Origin: Psychromonadaceae bacterium
Lineage (GTDB): Bacteria > Pseudomonadota > Gammaproteobacteria > Enterobacterales > CBDFNC01
Length of the DNA stretch: 64,000 nt
Reading direction: 5' to 3'
Assembly: GCA_965249895.1 (NCBI GenBank)
Contig: CBDFNC010000001.1
Location: forward strand, 1,163,024 to 1,227,023
Shown in pieces: positions 28,801 through 36,739 of the stretch. The position numbers and the translations under genes are program-made. The notes under the pieces are model-generated. The model saw only the letters and a list, made by a program, of their open reading frames with translations. It ran no database searches and was not told where the DNA came from. Positions within the stretch are counted from its first letter, which is position 1. Each line of letters starts with the position of its first letter.

Positions 28801-30830
28801 TTGGCCTTGCTCTGGTTCAGTCGACCGTATATTTGTGAAATAGTATCGATAATACGGGTTCGCACAGTGGCGTCATGCACCTTAAGGGTAGCCATCAGCT
28901 CTGACAGCAGGTCCAGACCGGCGGACATGCTCTCCAGTTGCTCTTCTACTGGTGTCAGCTCGGCTACCGTGGTGACTTTCTCCTGTTCACGATTGAGTGA
29001 CTGTAGTTTTTTATCATAGGGCGCCAGGGACTTCTCATCCGCAAGGAAGTGCACGGTTTTCTGGCTTAACTCGTCTTCCTGCTCCGCCAGCGTAGCCTCC
29101 ATGACCTGCACTTTGACCGTGTCCATATAACGCATGGATTTAATGGTCAGCAGGTGGCCACGTTGTTTACGTAACGAGTCCAGACCTTCCACAAACTGCT
29201 CCGGCTTTTGCCAGCTGTCCGGACGCAGGCTTGCGATAATCTGGCTTTGTTGGGTTTGCGCCTGCGCCAATGCCTCTTCAGACTGGCTACGGATGGTTTC
29301 AACCTTTTCGAATTCATCCAGTACCAGCTCGGCGGTTTCCGCTACCTGATGCAGCAGTTTTTCGATGCCGCCGACCTGTTTGGCACCCATCCAATGGTAG
29401 GCGTCAAACATTCGACCGACCCGCTTGATCAGCTCCCCATAAAGTTTGCTGGACACTTGTTGATTGCCGATCATCTTAACTATGCTGTACAGCTCGGAAA
29501 TACCCCGCACCAATTCGGCATTGCCAATTTTACCGTAGAAGGAGGTTTTAGTGGGCTGCTCGCTGGCAAATTCATCGGAGCAATAGGGGGTTTGCCAGAT
29601 CTGCATAGGGTGAACCCGGGTAGGTTCGCTTTCCGCATAAAACAGCACTAAACGGCCGTCGTCCATATTGGCAAAGCCATGGCCAAACAAGGGATTGTCC
29701 AGGGCTTTATTCACCAGGTTATAGGAATAAAGGGCGACCTTACCTTCGACGGGTTCGTAAAAGGCGTACAGTACGTCTTCCCCATTGGGGCTTCTGGTGG
29801 TTCTTTTGTATTCCAGACCACTGATATCGTCATCGAAGGTTTTGTACTCGCCGCTTTGCAGGTAATAGCCACCAGGGAAGATAATGCCGTGGTTTTCAGG
29901 TAGTTGAATGCAGGAGTTGCCGATATTATCGATTCGCACCACGGCTTCGGTGTTTTTATTAAATACCAGGTAGCGCCACTGCTCTTCACGATAGGGGAGA
30001 ATTTTTAATAAGATTAATGCGCCGATCTCTGCAAAATAGAACTTGGCGTCATCCAGGGATTGGTTGTCATCAGAAACTGCTTCGCTGTATATACCCAGGC
30101 CGGAGCCGGTATTATTCTCCACCTTGATAGTCAGGTCGCCTTGGGTGGTTTCCACAAACAAGGTGTCGAGAATATTCATATGGGGGAAGCGACCGCTTAC
30201 TTCGTTTTCCCGGCTACATTCGGTCCACTCGAAATCGGTTTGGGGCGGTGGTTGTAGATCCCTGTCACCCCGGTTGTCCATATAGTCGAGGGTAAGACCG
30301 TCGCTATTGATACTCCAGCGGAACACCCGAATATCACTGAGGTTTTTACCTATTTGGAAACTGGCCAGCAGCTTGCCACCTCGTACAGTCAGGCGCAGCA
30401 GTTTAGTTTCTTTGTAATAGGTGTACAGTTCGATAAAGTCTTGCTCGAACCTGGGGTCTTTTAGGAAGGTATCCGCCAGCTCCAGGGCTCGAACTTCATA
30501 CCCTTCATCTGTTTGGTCCAGCCGGTAGAGGGCAAATACATCCTCCAGCTGAGTTTCTTTTTTTAAGCCGAGAAAAACGTTGTAACCAAACAGCAGATAG
30601 TTACCGGCACAGACGATATCTCGCGCAATACAATTGTTTTCGGTTCGCACCCGTACTCTGCCGAGTACCTGCATTTCCGCCCGGCCAAACTCGCTTAACC
30701 GCACCTGGTTTAAGGCGTTGGTTTTCTGCTCCAGCTCCTGGCTTTGTTGGTTTAAGCGATTGCGTATAACTTGATAGGCTCCGCCTGAGGCGACGGCTTC
30801 TGAATCCTGGCTTGATGACTCTTCCAGCAT
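25818..30830 (-). CDS. 1670-aa coiled-coil protein with C-terminal MoxR/McrB/dynein-like AAA+ ATPase module
   Basis: Walker A ISPPGYGKTTL (about nt 26950-26975), Walker B VMLYLDDIQ and sensor VVMAGNPY. It has an N-terminal ~500-aa beta-rich region and ~700 aa of heptad-rich helix. No named family recalled. Confidence 0.8.
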   Translation of the reverse strand: MLEESSSQDSEAVASGGAYQVIRNRLNQQSQELEQKTNALNQVRLSEFGRAEMQVLGRVRVRTENNCIARDIVCAGNYLLFGYNVFLGLKKETQLEDVFALYRLDQTDEGYEVRALELADTFLKDPRFEQDFIELYTYYKETKLLRLTVRGGKLLASFQIGKNLSDIRVFRWSINSDGLTLDYMDNRGDRDLQPPPQTDFEWTECSRENEVSGRFPHMNILDTLFVETTQGDLTIKVENNTGSGLGIYSEAVSDDNQSLDDAKFYFAEIGALILLKILPYREEQWRYLVFNKNTEAVVRIDNIGNSCIQLPENHGIIFPGGYYLQSGEYKTFDDDISGLEYKRTTRSPNGEDVLYAFYEPVEGKVALYSYNLVNKALDNPLFGHGFANMDDGRLVLFYAESEPTRVHPMQIWQTPYCSDEFASEQPTKTSFYGKIGNAELVRGISELYSIVKMIGNQQVSSKLYGELIKRVGRMFDAYHWMGAKQVGGIEKLLHQVAETAELVLDEFEKVETIRSQSEEALAQAQTQQSQIIASLRPDSWQKPEQFVEGLDSLRKQRGHLLTIKSMRYMDTVKVQVMEATLAEQEDELSQKTVHFLADEKSLAPYDKKLQSLNREQEKVTTVAELTPVEEQLESMSAGLDLLSELMATLKVHDATVRTRIIDTISQIYGRLNQSKANAKHKQQSLGSKEALAQFSAQFKLFSQSITNALGLATTPEKSDDQLSRLLVQLEELESQFSDQEQFLSDILGKREEVVETFETHRQRMVEARQRKAGTLKDAADRILSSIGRRVQRFNQADELNTFYASDALVLKLHDLIKQLMALDDSVKADDIEARLKSSKDQAVRALRDKSEIFEEGGNVIKLGPRHRFNVNTQELDLTLLPRQDKLMFHLTGTDFFEVATDPALNQLKPYWQQTIESETETVYRAEYLVKQILDAAQAGEQDLTMEVLRLAASDEQALDELVKNFASPRYKEGYERGIHDFDATLILKKLLPTLGSADVLKFPPLCRGFAAIYWANRQQAPKQQSWIERAKSALRMQALFNSSNARLLLENEITTALSEFVEQFELPLSETEVKLAASYLVLELAKDPIVFSTSKYADRLAQELKRAMDMESWNSYQATLEKLKGQIGARWSLTQAWLSALASHQQLEQLTTYIPEAISLINGEGRLSRRVCDVELEVKVNGLMGSHQRIHDRSMTLSLDEFLLRLESHQQQVLPDYRRFLQVRHDVTSRQKAGLRLEEFKARPLSSFVRNKLINDAYLPLIGDNLAKQMGTVGDSKRTDLMGLLMMISPPGYGKTTLMEYVASRLGLIFMKINCPSIGHEVDSLDPEQAPNATARSELIKLNLGLEMSNNVMLYLDDIQHTNPEFLQKFISLCDGTRRIEGIWQGQPKTYDLRGKKFCVVMAGNPYTESGESFQIPDMLANRADIYNLGDILGGMDEAFALSYLENAMTSNAVLAPLATRSQDDFYKLVDIAKGGQVDSSEMEYGYSAAELNEVTGVLQKLLEIQSVVLGVNLAYIASAAQADKYRTEPPFKLQGSYRNMNKMAEKVSSVMNQEELMQLIADHYLGEAQMLGANAEENLLKLAEIRGNKTEQESERWQQIKADFVKHNTLGGDGDVTLKAVSQLLDVNANLVEINDTLGQTRYRFKRAGSKSKSSLSISLNKEQSDATE

Positions 30831-30849
30831 TGTTCTTCCTTATATCCCG

Positions 30850-30871
30850 GCAAACTCGGCGCCGAGTTTGC
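30850..30871. promoter_or_regulatory. perfect 22-bp palindrome between the flotillin and giant ATPase genes
   Basis: gcaaactcggcgccgagtttgc, 20 nt upstream of the giant-gene ATG, with no T-run following. Confidence 0.5.
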
Positions 30872-30904
30872 TGGGGTTAATGGGGTAAAAAGTCAGCTAG
30901 CGAA

Positions 30905-33097
30905 TTAGCTGGAAGTGGTTTCACCGTTAAGCTTGGTGGTTTTGCTGTCTTTATCGAGCAGCTCACCTAAGATATCGGCTGGACTTCTGTCACCTTCTTT
31001 ACCGCCCAGGAATTTATTTAACATGGCATGTACCGCAGGACTTTTCTCCACCAGGCCATTGATGGACTTACCCACTGTGAGAGATTTCACCAGGGAATTA
31101 AAGTAGTCCCCCTGGCCGCCCACAATATCGATATTGGCGTTTTTCAGTGCTGCAGCCAGGACGTCGGCTTGTTCAACGGCAATATGTTTATTGGCTTCGA
31201 TGGAAAGTACGGCTTGCTCGAACTCTTTTTCCAGTTTCATACGGAACTCTTCGTGTTCGCGAGAATCTGCCGTCATGGTGGCCATGGCATTAAATTTCTC
31301 GATAAGGCCTTCGGCTTCCGCTTTAAACTTGGCGTTAACCACTTCCGCTTGCGCCATACCTTGTTCACGTTCGGCTTTTGCCTGGGCCAGGCCAATTTGC
31401 TCGTCACCGTGAGCCTGCGCCGCTAGTTTCTGCTCCAACACTTTGGCTTGTGCCAGGCCTTGCTCTCTGTCTGCCTTGGCTTTGGCTAAACCAATTTGCT
31501 CATCACCCGTGGCCTGGGCGCTTAGCTTCTCTTCCAGTACCTTAGCTTGAGCAAGACCTTCTTTTTCGTTGGCAATGGCATGTGCTTCGATAATTTTCGC
31601 CTTGGCCAGACCTTGTTGCTCGTCACCCTGAGCCTGAGCCAGCATCTTCTGCTCCAGCACTTTAGCCTCGGCTATCCCTTGTTTTTCCAGTGCGTCGGCC
31701 TGGGCTTCTTTGACGCGGGCATCGGCGAGGCCTGGTGCAGATTGCTCGGCTTCGATACCTTCAGCCATCTTCTTCTTGGCATCTGCTTGTTTGGCCGCGG
31801 CTTCCAGCTCGGCCTGAGCCATAATATTTATTTTTTGCGCCTCGTGCTTGGCTTTGATTTCATCGGCTTCGGCTTGCTTGACCTGTTTCACAAGCTCTTC
31901 TTCCGCATCAGCTTCGGCTTGCAGGACGGTGACTTGCTTGGCCCGTTCGGCTTTTGATATTTCGCGGACTTCTTTAATCAGCTCTTCCTCTTCGGCGACG
32001 GTTTTTTCAACGGCAATACGTTCACGAATGACATTGGCGATCTCTTTTTTCTCGCCTTCTAGCGCCCGTTCTTTTTCGATTTCTTGAAGCTCTACCTCGC
32101 GTTCGCGGGATACCACTTCCAGATCTTTGGCTCTTTGTACCCGCTCTTGCTCTACGCCGATGGCGCGCTCCCGGCCTTGCTGTGCCACTTCGATTTCACG
32201 CTGCATATTTTCCTGCTGGATGGCGATTTCCTGCTCCGTGGCGATGCGGGCGGTTTCGGATTTTAACCGTTCTTCTTCTGCTACTTTTTTCGCTTCAGCC
32301 TCTTCCCTGGCATTTATGGTGGCGATTTCTCGTTGCTGTTTGGCAAGGGCCTCTTTTTCCTGGCGATCAAGCGCCAGCAGGTGCTCCTGCGTTTCTACGT
32401 CTTTTTTCTTGATGGCGCGCTGCTCATCACGCACCAGGTTATTGGTTTTGATATTTTCCTGGGCGGTGACTTCGGTAATCTTACGAATACCTTCGGCATC
32501 CATAATATTGTTGGGATCCAGGGCGTTTTTCGGTGTTTGCTCCAGATAATCTATGGCTACGTCTTCCAGCACATAACCGTTCAGGTCGTCACCGATAGTC
32601 TTGACGATTTCATCACGGAAAAAGGCGCGCTCTTCAAACAGCTGCAGGAAGTTCATTTTCTTGCCCACTGTTTTCAGTGCTTCGGAAAATTTGGCGTTAA
32701 ATAGTTCATTCACCGCTGTTTTATCGGAGGCGCGCTCGGCGCCGATAGATTTAGCCACCTGTAACACGTCTTCTGCGGTTTCGTTTACCCGTAAATAAAA
32801 GGCTACTGTAATGTCGGCGCGAATATTATCGGCGCAGATCAGGCCATCATTGCTTCTTCGATCCACTTCCAGGGTGATCAGGGAAATACGCATAAACTCT
32901 TTCTTGTGAATAATGGGCAGTACCAATGAACCGGTAAACTTCACTTTCGGAGTGGGGGACATGTCATTCACAATCAGGGCTGTACCCTGAGGGACCTTGG
33001 TATAAAAAGCTTTGAATAGTCCGGCTATGCCCAGCAAGACAAGAAAAAAGATGCCAATACCAAAGACGATTGGTAGTAATGCAGCTACATCTATCAT
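30905..33097 (-). CDS. flotillin / SPFH (band 7) family protein, YqiK/FloT-like
   Basis: N-terminal TM helix, an SPFH domain, and a ~400-aa Ala/Glu/Gln-rich coiled coil with internal repeats (GLAQAKVLEQKLAAQAHGDEQIG). Confidence 0.85.
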   Translation of the reverse strand: MIDVAALLPIVFGIGIFFLVLLGIAGLFKAFYTKVPQGTALIVNDMSPTPKVKFTGSLVLPIIHKKEFMRISLITLEVDRRSNDGLICADNIRADITVAFYLRVNETAEDVLQVAKSIGAERASDKTAVNELFNAKFSEALKTVGKKMNFLQLFEERAFFRDEIVKTIGDDLNGYVLEDVAIDYLEQTPKNALDPNNIMDAEGIRKITEVTAQENIKTNNLVRDEQRAIKKKDVETQEHLLALDRQEKEALAKQQREIATINAREEAEAKKVAEEERLKSETARIATEQEIAIQQENMQREIEVAQQGRERAIGVEQERVQRAKDLEVVSREREVELQEIEKERALEGEKKEIANVIRERIAVEKTVAEEEELIKEVREISKAERAKQVTVLQAEADAEEELVKQVKQAEADEIKAKHEAQKINIMAQAELEAAAKQADAKKKMAEGIEAEQSAPGLADARVKEAQADALEKQGIAEAKVLEQKMLAQAQGDEQQGLAKAKIIEAHAIANEKEGLAQAKVLEEKLSAQATGDEQIGLAKAKADREQGLAQAKVLEQKLAAQAHGDEQIGLAQAKAEREQGMAQAEVVNAKFKAEAEGLIEKFNAMATMTADSREHEEFRMKLEKEFEQAVLSIEANKHIAVEQADVLAAALKNANIDIVGGQGDYFNSLVKSLTVGKSINGLVEKSPAVHAMLNKFLGGKEGDRSPADILGELLDKDSKTTKLNGETTSS

Positions 33098-33179
33098 GTG
33101 TAAAATCCTTTATTTTTAAATCGTCGAAGGGCGTATTGCCCATAGTCTTTGTGCTGACAGTTATTGTTATTTGGTAGTT

Positions 33180-33815
33180 TTAAGGTTTTAAGAAATCTGC
33201 TTCAGAGATGACCAAATATGCGTTATCGGTAGCCTGATACTTGAGTAGCACCAGCTTGTCGCCTCGAACCAGCTGATTGGGGCTGTCTGCCCTTACTTTT
33301 AAGATCAACCCGGCGCCACCATCATCCAGCCTGGCCTCTCCAAACTCTTCATTCACTTCCCCGGTCCTCAAGGTCACTGTGCGGCCAACCAAATCGTGTT
33401 TACCGGTTGCCGAAGTTTTACGAAAAAGGGTTTTTAACGGGTTTATAAAAATTGAGGTGATAGGGCAGGCCAGGATAAAAGCGACCACTATAGTGAGGCA
33501 CCCAATCAGGGCGCTTAACCAGCCAGGTGGAATAAATGACCAAAAAAGATAAACAGTAAAGTAACTGAGCAGCCAGCCAAACAGGGTGATAAAGGTAAAT
33601 ACTATGGTAGTGGGAATGCCGTCCAGCTTTAATTTCATCAGCAGGCCGGTGAAATTGATGCCTGAGTTATCCACATCAAATTCGGTATCAAAGTCCAGAA
33701 TGTCAATATCTAGCAAACCTAACGAGGCTACGATCCAATAAAGGCAAAACAGGCCTAAGAATATGGTGTAGATCAGGGTTGGAAAAGAACTGATATTGGC
33801 CACAAAAGCATTCAT
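33180..33815 (-). CDS. NfeD-like (YqiJ-type) membrane protein with C-terminal OB-fold
   Basis: Four predicted TM helices and a C-terminal beta-rich OB-like domain (LVGRTVTLRTGEV...GLILKVRA). This is the canonical partner position upstream of a flotillin gene. Confidence 0.75.
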   Translation of the reverse strand: MNAFVANISSFPTLIYTIFLGLFCLYWIVASLGLLDIDILDFDTEFDVDNSGINFTGLLMKLKLDGIPTTIVFTFITLFGWLLSYFTVYLFWSFIPPGWLSALIGCLTIVVAFILACPITSIFINPLKTLFRKTSATGKHDLVGRTVTLRTGEVNEEFGEARLDDGGAGLILKVRADSPNQLVRGDKLVLLKYQATDNAYLVISEADFLKP

Positions 33816-34032
33816 AACAACTCCATGATGGCGCCTTTAGTTAAATAAAAAAAATCTCAAAAACTTAAAATGCTGTTTTTTATATCAATAAATCTAAAGG
33901 GGTTCAATGGTACATATGACCCTTTGTGATGTGAACATTAACGAAAGTTAATCTGAAAGACATCTTGGGTTTACCTGCTGGGTTATATAGTGAGTCCATA
34001 TCAACGCGGCAGTGAACTTAAAGAGGTAAAAG

Positions 34033-34314
34033 ATGAATATGATTTCTTCGTTAAAATCCAGGTTTGATCGCGTTAAAGCAAATTTTTTCACCACGCCGGA
34101 AGGCGGAGTGATCAGCCCATTTAAAGCGATCGTCGGCGCATTAGTTTTGACTGGATTGTTTTTATTAATGCTGCCCCTGCTTATGGTCTTGTTTGTCTTT
34201 CAGCTGGGGTTGGTTTTGGTAGGTTTAGTTGCGGCCCTATTTATGGGGTCACGGAAACCTAACGTTAGGTGGGAAAATGGAGAGAAAGTGATTAACCCTC
34301 AAGTGGGTTCTTAA
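34033..34314 (+). CDS. small hypothetical membrane protein (93 aa)
   Basis: One long hydrophobic stretch (LVLTGLFLLMLPLLMVLFVFQLGLVLVGLVAALF). No family assigned. Confidence 0.4.
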   Translation: MNMISSLKSRFDRVKANFFTTPEGGVISPFKAIVGALVLTGLFLLMLPLLMVLFVFQLGLVLVGLVAALFMGSRKPNVRWENGEKVINPQVGS

Positions 34315-34388
34315 GTTGTAGAAGTTGAGTTTTGTAGTTTTTTTAAGCATATCCTAAGTTTTTTTTGATGGTCATTGCTCGTCACCAT

Positions 34389-34815
34389 CCCTTTAACCCA
34401 CTGTACCCTGCAGTGGGTTTTTTTTATCTTCCAAAAGGGAAACTCGCAGGCTCGTGAACAACTATGCCCTTTAACCCAGAGTACCCTGCAGTGGGTTTTT
34501 TTTATCTTCCAAAAGGGAAACTCGCAGGCTCGTGAACAACTATGCCCTTTAACCCAGAGTACCCTGCAGTGGGTTTTTTTTATCTTCCAAAAGGGAAACT
34601 CGCAGGCTCGTGAACAACTATGCCCTTTAGCCCACTGTACCCTGCAGTGGGCTTTTTTTATCTTCCAAAAGGGAAACTCGCAGGCTCGTGAACAACTATG
34701 CCCTTTAACCCACTGTACCCTGCAGTGGGTTTTTTTTTATCTTCGAAAAGGGAAACTCGCAGGCTCGTGAACAACTATGCCCTTTAACCCACTGTACCCT
34801 GCTGATTTTTTTGGA
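34389..34815 (+). repeat. 78-bp tandem array (5 full + 1 partial unit), each unit a stem-loop plus an intrinsic-terminator hairpin; candidate tandem sRNA genes
   Basis: Unit: ccctttaa-CCCACTG-taccctg-CAGTGGG-T8-atcttcc-AAAGGG-(31 nt)-CCCTTT. Units start at 34389, 34467, 34545, 34623, 34701 and 34780. Unit 4 has a compensatory change that extends the stem (gcccactg...cagtgggc). Confidence 0.8.
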
Positions 34816-34893
34816 ACCAATCATAACAAAGGATGTTGGGTAACAATTGCCGGGTTGGCTGTAGGAGCGGATGCCTCTCTATAAGTGAAGAGG

Positions 34894-35012
34894 GCGAAGC
34901 CTGTGCCGGCAAGGTTCGCCGAACGCGCATCCATGCATTTAACATCTCATTCCTGAGATGGGTTCGGCGCCTACCAATCCTGCTGGAGCTGTTACCCAGA
35001 TTTGATAGGTAC
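34894..35012. repeat. dispersed ~120-bp structured repeat, copy 1
   Basis: About 85% identical to 45632..45750. Nested hairpins GCCGAAC...CATCTCA-ttcc-TGAGATG...GTTCGGC. Confidence 0.75.
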
Positions 35013-35248
35013 CGTTTTTTCTATCCTTCAAAATGAAAGCTTGCGGCTCGTGAATCGCTACGTCTTTACCCGTTATTTTTTACCGTTTTTTTTAAACATT
35101 AAAAAGAACTGAGTGAAAGTCCTCGTATTCTCAACTGCTAGCGTAAAGATCAAATAAATATAAAATTTAGATCACGCAATGGGAGATCCGAGCTGGTATA
35201 GCTACCACTAATAATGCTATTGATGATAATGTTTTTAGTTCGCTGTAA

Positions 35249-36739
35249 TTGATTCTTAAATGCAGAATTGTTTGTGGGGATATACGTTGGATGCAGATAA
35301 AACGTATTAAGCTCGGCATAGTGCTTTTTCCTATAGGGCTGTTATTAATTATTTTGTTAAACCCTTTAGGTTTACGAACCGCGGCCGAAAAGCACAGTGA
35401 AGACCTTGCTATCAGCTTTTATGCACCTTGGCATCCTGCCGGTGCACGACAAGATATAACAGTCATATTGCTTGACGATGCTTTCTTGCAACAATATTCC
35501 AGAAAGTATCCAGTTCCTTATCGTGACTTATCACATTTACTTAAGGTGATTGGCCATTTTCAACCAAAGGCTGTGTTTTTTGATTTGCTGCAGCATTATG
35601 AACACTCCAAAGGGGTAGAGCGTTGGCTGCGTCGGCTCAAGCAAGCTCCTTACCCCGTATATCTCGCCAGTAACGTTTCCTATGATACTGAAGCGGTAAT
35701 GAAGGACCCTTTGTCTTTGCGCAGCAGACTCAACAATGTGGCCGAATTTACTGCAATAAGCTGGAGTGGACAGCAACATTATTATCCACTGTTTGTTGAC
35801 TGGAACCAGCAAGAGTTACCAACAGCCGCCATGTCGTTATATCAGACTTGGTGCAGGGAAACGCCATCTCGTTGTAAAAACAAAATTCAGCAAATACAAG
35901 ATGTTAAGCTGTTTTCTGAACCTATGATTGTTCGTTGGAGTAATCAATATGATCAGCGGCAAGCTGTTTTTTTGCGGTTGAGCCAAGCTTGTCAGAATAT
36001 CGAAAGAAGTAAGCTGGCACAATTATGGGCAGCCATCAGATCGCACTTAGAATATGGGTTTACTTCCTACGGCAAGCGTCAGGAGACAAACCGTCATCCT
36101 TGCCCTCCTGTACTGGCCGTTTCTGCGACCAAATTGTTTGCCGCGGGTTCGCTGGCATCTAAAGATCTTGTCTATGCACTTAAAGACCGAATGGTTCTCG
36201 TCGGTTATAACCTGCAAGGTGCTCCTGATATGGTTAGATCCCCGGTTAACGGCTCGTTATCTGGGGTGTTTTACCATGCCGTCGCGCTGGACAACCTGAT
36301 TAACTTTGGTGATAAGTACTGGCATGTATCCCCGTCTATCGAAGGGTTTGGCGTTAATCTCAGTGATGTTTTAGAGGGCCTGCTTCAGGCCCTTGTCTTG
36401 CTTATCGTAACCCTTTATCGCTATCAAAACGATGGAAGTGAGCTTGGTACTGCAGATGAGGATAAAGTACCTCGTATTTGGCTTATTTCATTGTTTTCAT
36501 TATTGCTTGGAGCCCTGTGTTTGGTTTGGGTCTCGCACTATATATTCAGCCTTGGTCCGGTGAATTGGTACGTATTTTTAATTATCGTCGCAATGGCGGC
36601 GCCTACCCTGCTTGGCAACCTCATCAAAGGCAGGTTAACCCGCTTTTTTGATGTGTTGAAGAAATATCGTATTACATGGATTAGGGCACTGAAGAAGCGC
36701 ACAGCAAAACTTTTTGAAAATTCAACCAGAGTGGAGTGA
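35249..36739 (+). CDS. CHASE2 domain membrane protein without a recognisable output domain
   Basis: The N-terminal TM helix, the periplasmic region DITVILLDDAFLQQYSRKYPVPYRDLSHLLKVIGHFQPKAVFFDLL and the C-terminal TM helices fit CHASE2 architecture. Confidence 0.6.
   Translation: MILKCRIVCGDIRWMQIKRIKLGIVLFPIGLLLIILLNPLGLRTAAEKHSEDLAISFYAPWHPAGARQDITVILLDDAFLQQYSRKYPVPYRDLSHLLKVIGHFQPKAVFFDLLQHYEHSKGVERWLRRLKQAPYPVYLASNVSYDTEAVMKDPLSLRSRLNNVAEFTAISWSGQQHYYPLFVDWNQQELPTAAMSLYQTWCRETPSRCKNKIQQIQDVKLFSEPMIVRWSNQYDQRQAVFLRLSQACQNIERSKLAQLWAAIRSHLEYGFTSYGKRQETNRHPCPPVLAVSATKLFAAGSLASKDLVYALKDRMVLVGYNLQGAPDMVRSPVNGSLSGVFYHAVALDNLINFGDKYWHVSPSIEGFGVNLSDVLEGLLQALVLLIVTLYRYQNDGSELGTADEDKVPRIWLISLFSLLLGALCLVWVSHYIFSLGPVNWYVFLIIVAMAAPTLLGNLIKGRLTRFFDVLKKYRITWIRALKKRTAKLFENSTRVE

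Noticed and set aside
26139-30285. Numerous 60-150-aa ORFs on both strands inside the 1670-aa gene (for example 27393..27692, 29208..29651)
   Set aside because: They are shadow or antisense ORFs within a long, well-supported coding region, with low-complexity translations.
31028-32798. Plus-strand ORFs and DNA-level periodicity inside the flotillin gene
   Set aside because: The periodicity reflects the repetitive Ala/Glu/Gln coiled-coil coding sequence on the minus strand. The plus-strand ORFs are antisense artefacts.
34375-34770. 131-aa ORF on the plus strand with internally repeated peptide sequence
   Set aside because: It is simply the translation of the 78-bp tandem DNA repeat, whose period is a multiple of 3 apart from one unit. 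It has no start context and no protein-like composition.
34389-34815. Possible CRISPR array
   Set aside because: The segments between the hairpin repeats are identical to one another, so they are not unique spacers. The hairpin is followed by a T-run like a terminator, and no cas genes lie nearby.
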